This document shows, in pieces, positions 59,472-64,000 of a stretch of 64,000 nt of DNA. Source of the stretch: the human T2T-CHM13v2.0 reference genome, Homo sapiens. The notes under the pieces were generated by a model that was not told the DNA's origin, searched no databases, and was given only the letters and a program-made list of their open reading frames with translations. Within the stretch, counting starts at the first letter, position 1; every line of letters begins with the position of its first letter. The stretch lies in assembly GCF_009914755.1 (NCBI RefSeq), contig NC_060927.1. One strand, written 5' to 3'. The translations under genes and the position numbers were made by a program.

Positions 59472-59534
59472 AGACCATCGAGACTAGGAAGAAACTGCAT
59501 CAACTAACGAGCAAAATCACCAGCTAACATCATA

Positions 59535-63345
<3,811 letters not shown>

Positions 63346-64000
63346 ACAATGAGATCACATGCACACAGGAAGGGGAATATCACACTCTGGGGACTATTGT
63401 GGAGTGGCGGGAGTGGGGAGGGATTGCACTGGGAGATATACCTAATGCTAGATGACAAGTTAGTGGGTGCAGCGCACCAGCATGGCACATGTAACTAACC
63501 TGCATAATGTGCACATGTACCCTAAAACTTAAAGTATAATAATAAAAGAAAAAAAAAAACTTAAAAAATAAAACAAAATAAAAATAAAATGATGTATACA
63601 TAACTTAAATTTTGATTGTCACTTACAACGTATAAACTGGATCCACTTCTAAGCTTTTGATGCCAAGGCTTTGTGGTGTGATTGACTTTAAATTGGTTCA
63701 ATAGTCAGAGTTCACATTGTCTTTGTTGCAGGAACAACTTACATGCACCGTCTCCTGGGATTTACAAGTTTATTTCTTTAAAGCAAAGTGAGAATGTAAA
63801 GACCTTTGTGGAACAATCTGAGTGCGGACTCTGGAGTTTTTATGATTCCTTCCACCCCTAAGGCTTTTAGTGTTATCTCACCCACATCTAATTCAGCAGC
63901 GTTTTTAGCAACTCAACCCTACTGTTTCCAAAACATTCATAGAATCAACAGCTATCTTTTTGTGCTTATATTAAATCAGTTTATGAAACATTTAATCAAA

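Overview
Repeat-rich, CpG-poor, non-coding great-ape (hominid) genomic DNA. I found no credible host protein-coding exon, RNA gene or CpG-island promoter. The only ORFs with recognisable protein homology are LINE-1 ORF0/ORF1/ORF2 remnants; the rest of the ORF track is translated Alu, LTR or simple repeat, or chance ORFs. Main elements: (1) a full-length, inactivated L1PA2/late-L1PA3-type element at 57557-63585 with a 15-bp TSD; (2) a 3.2-kb twin-primed L1 of the same sub-lineage at 9547-12784; (3) a very young, mosaic AluYb-lineage element at 7270-7560; (4) many older Alus, MaLR/ERV solo LTRs (THE1, MST, MLT1/2, MER4, MER41, LTR16-like), hAT MITEs (MER1B, MER20, MER81, MER102, MER5) and MIR/L3/L1M fragments, often nested. 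I see no new functional biological system. The signals not explained by repeat annotation are mutational scars. Three short direct 'doublet' duplications (86, 110 and about 214 bp) lie 1.4-2.0 kb apart at 87-89% identity, and two are demonstrably templated insertions. Three independent 5'-inverted retro-insertions include an apparently twin-primed Alu and a 120-bp micro-L1. Several template-switch hairpins are also present. Subfamily names come from remembered consensus motifs, not a database search, and most old-repeat boundaries are approximate.
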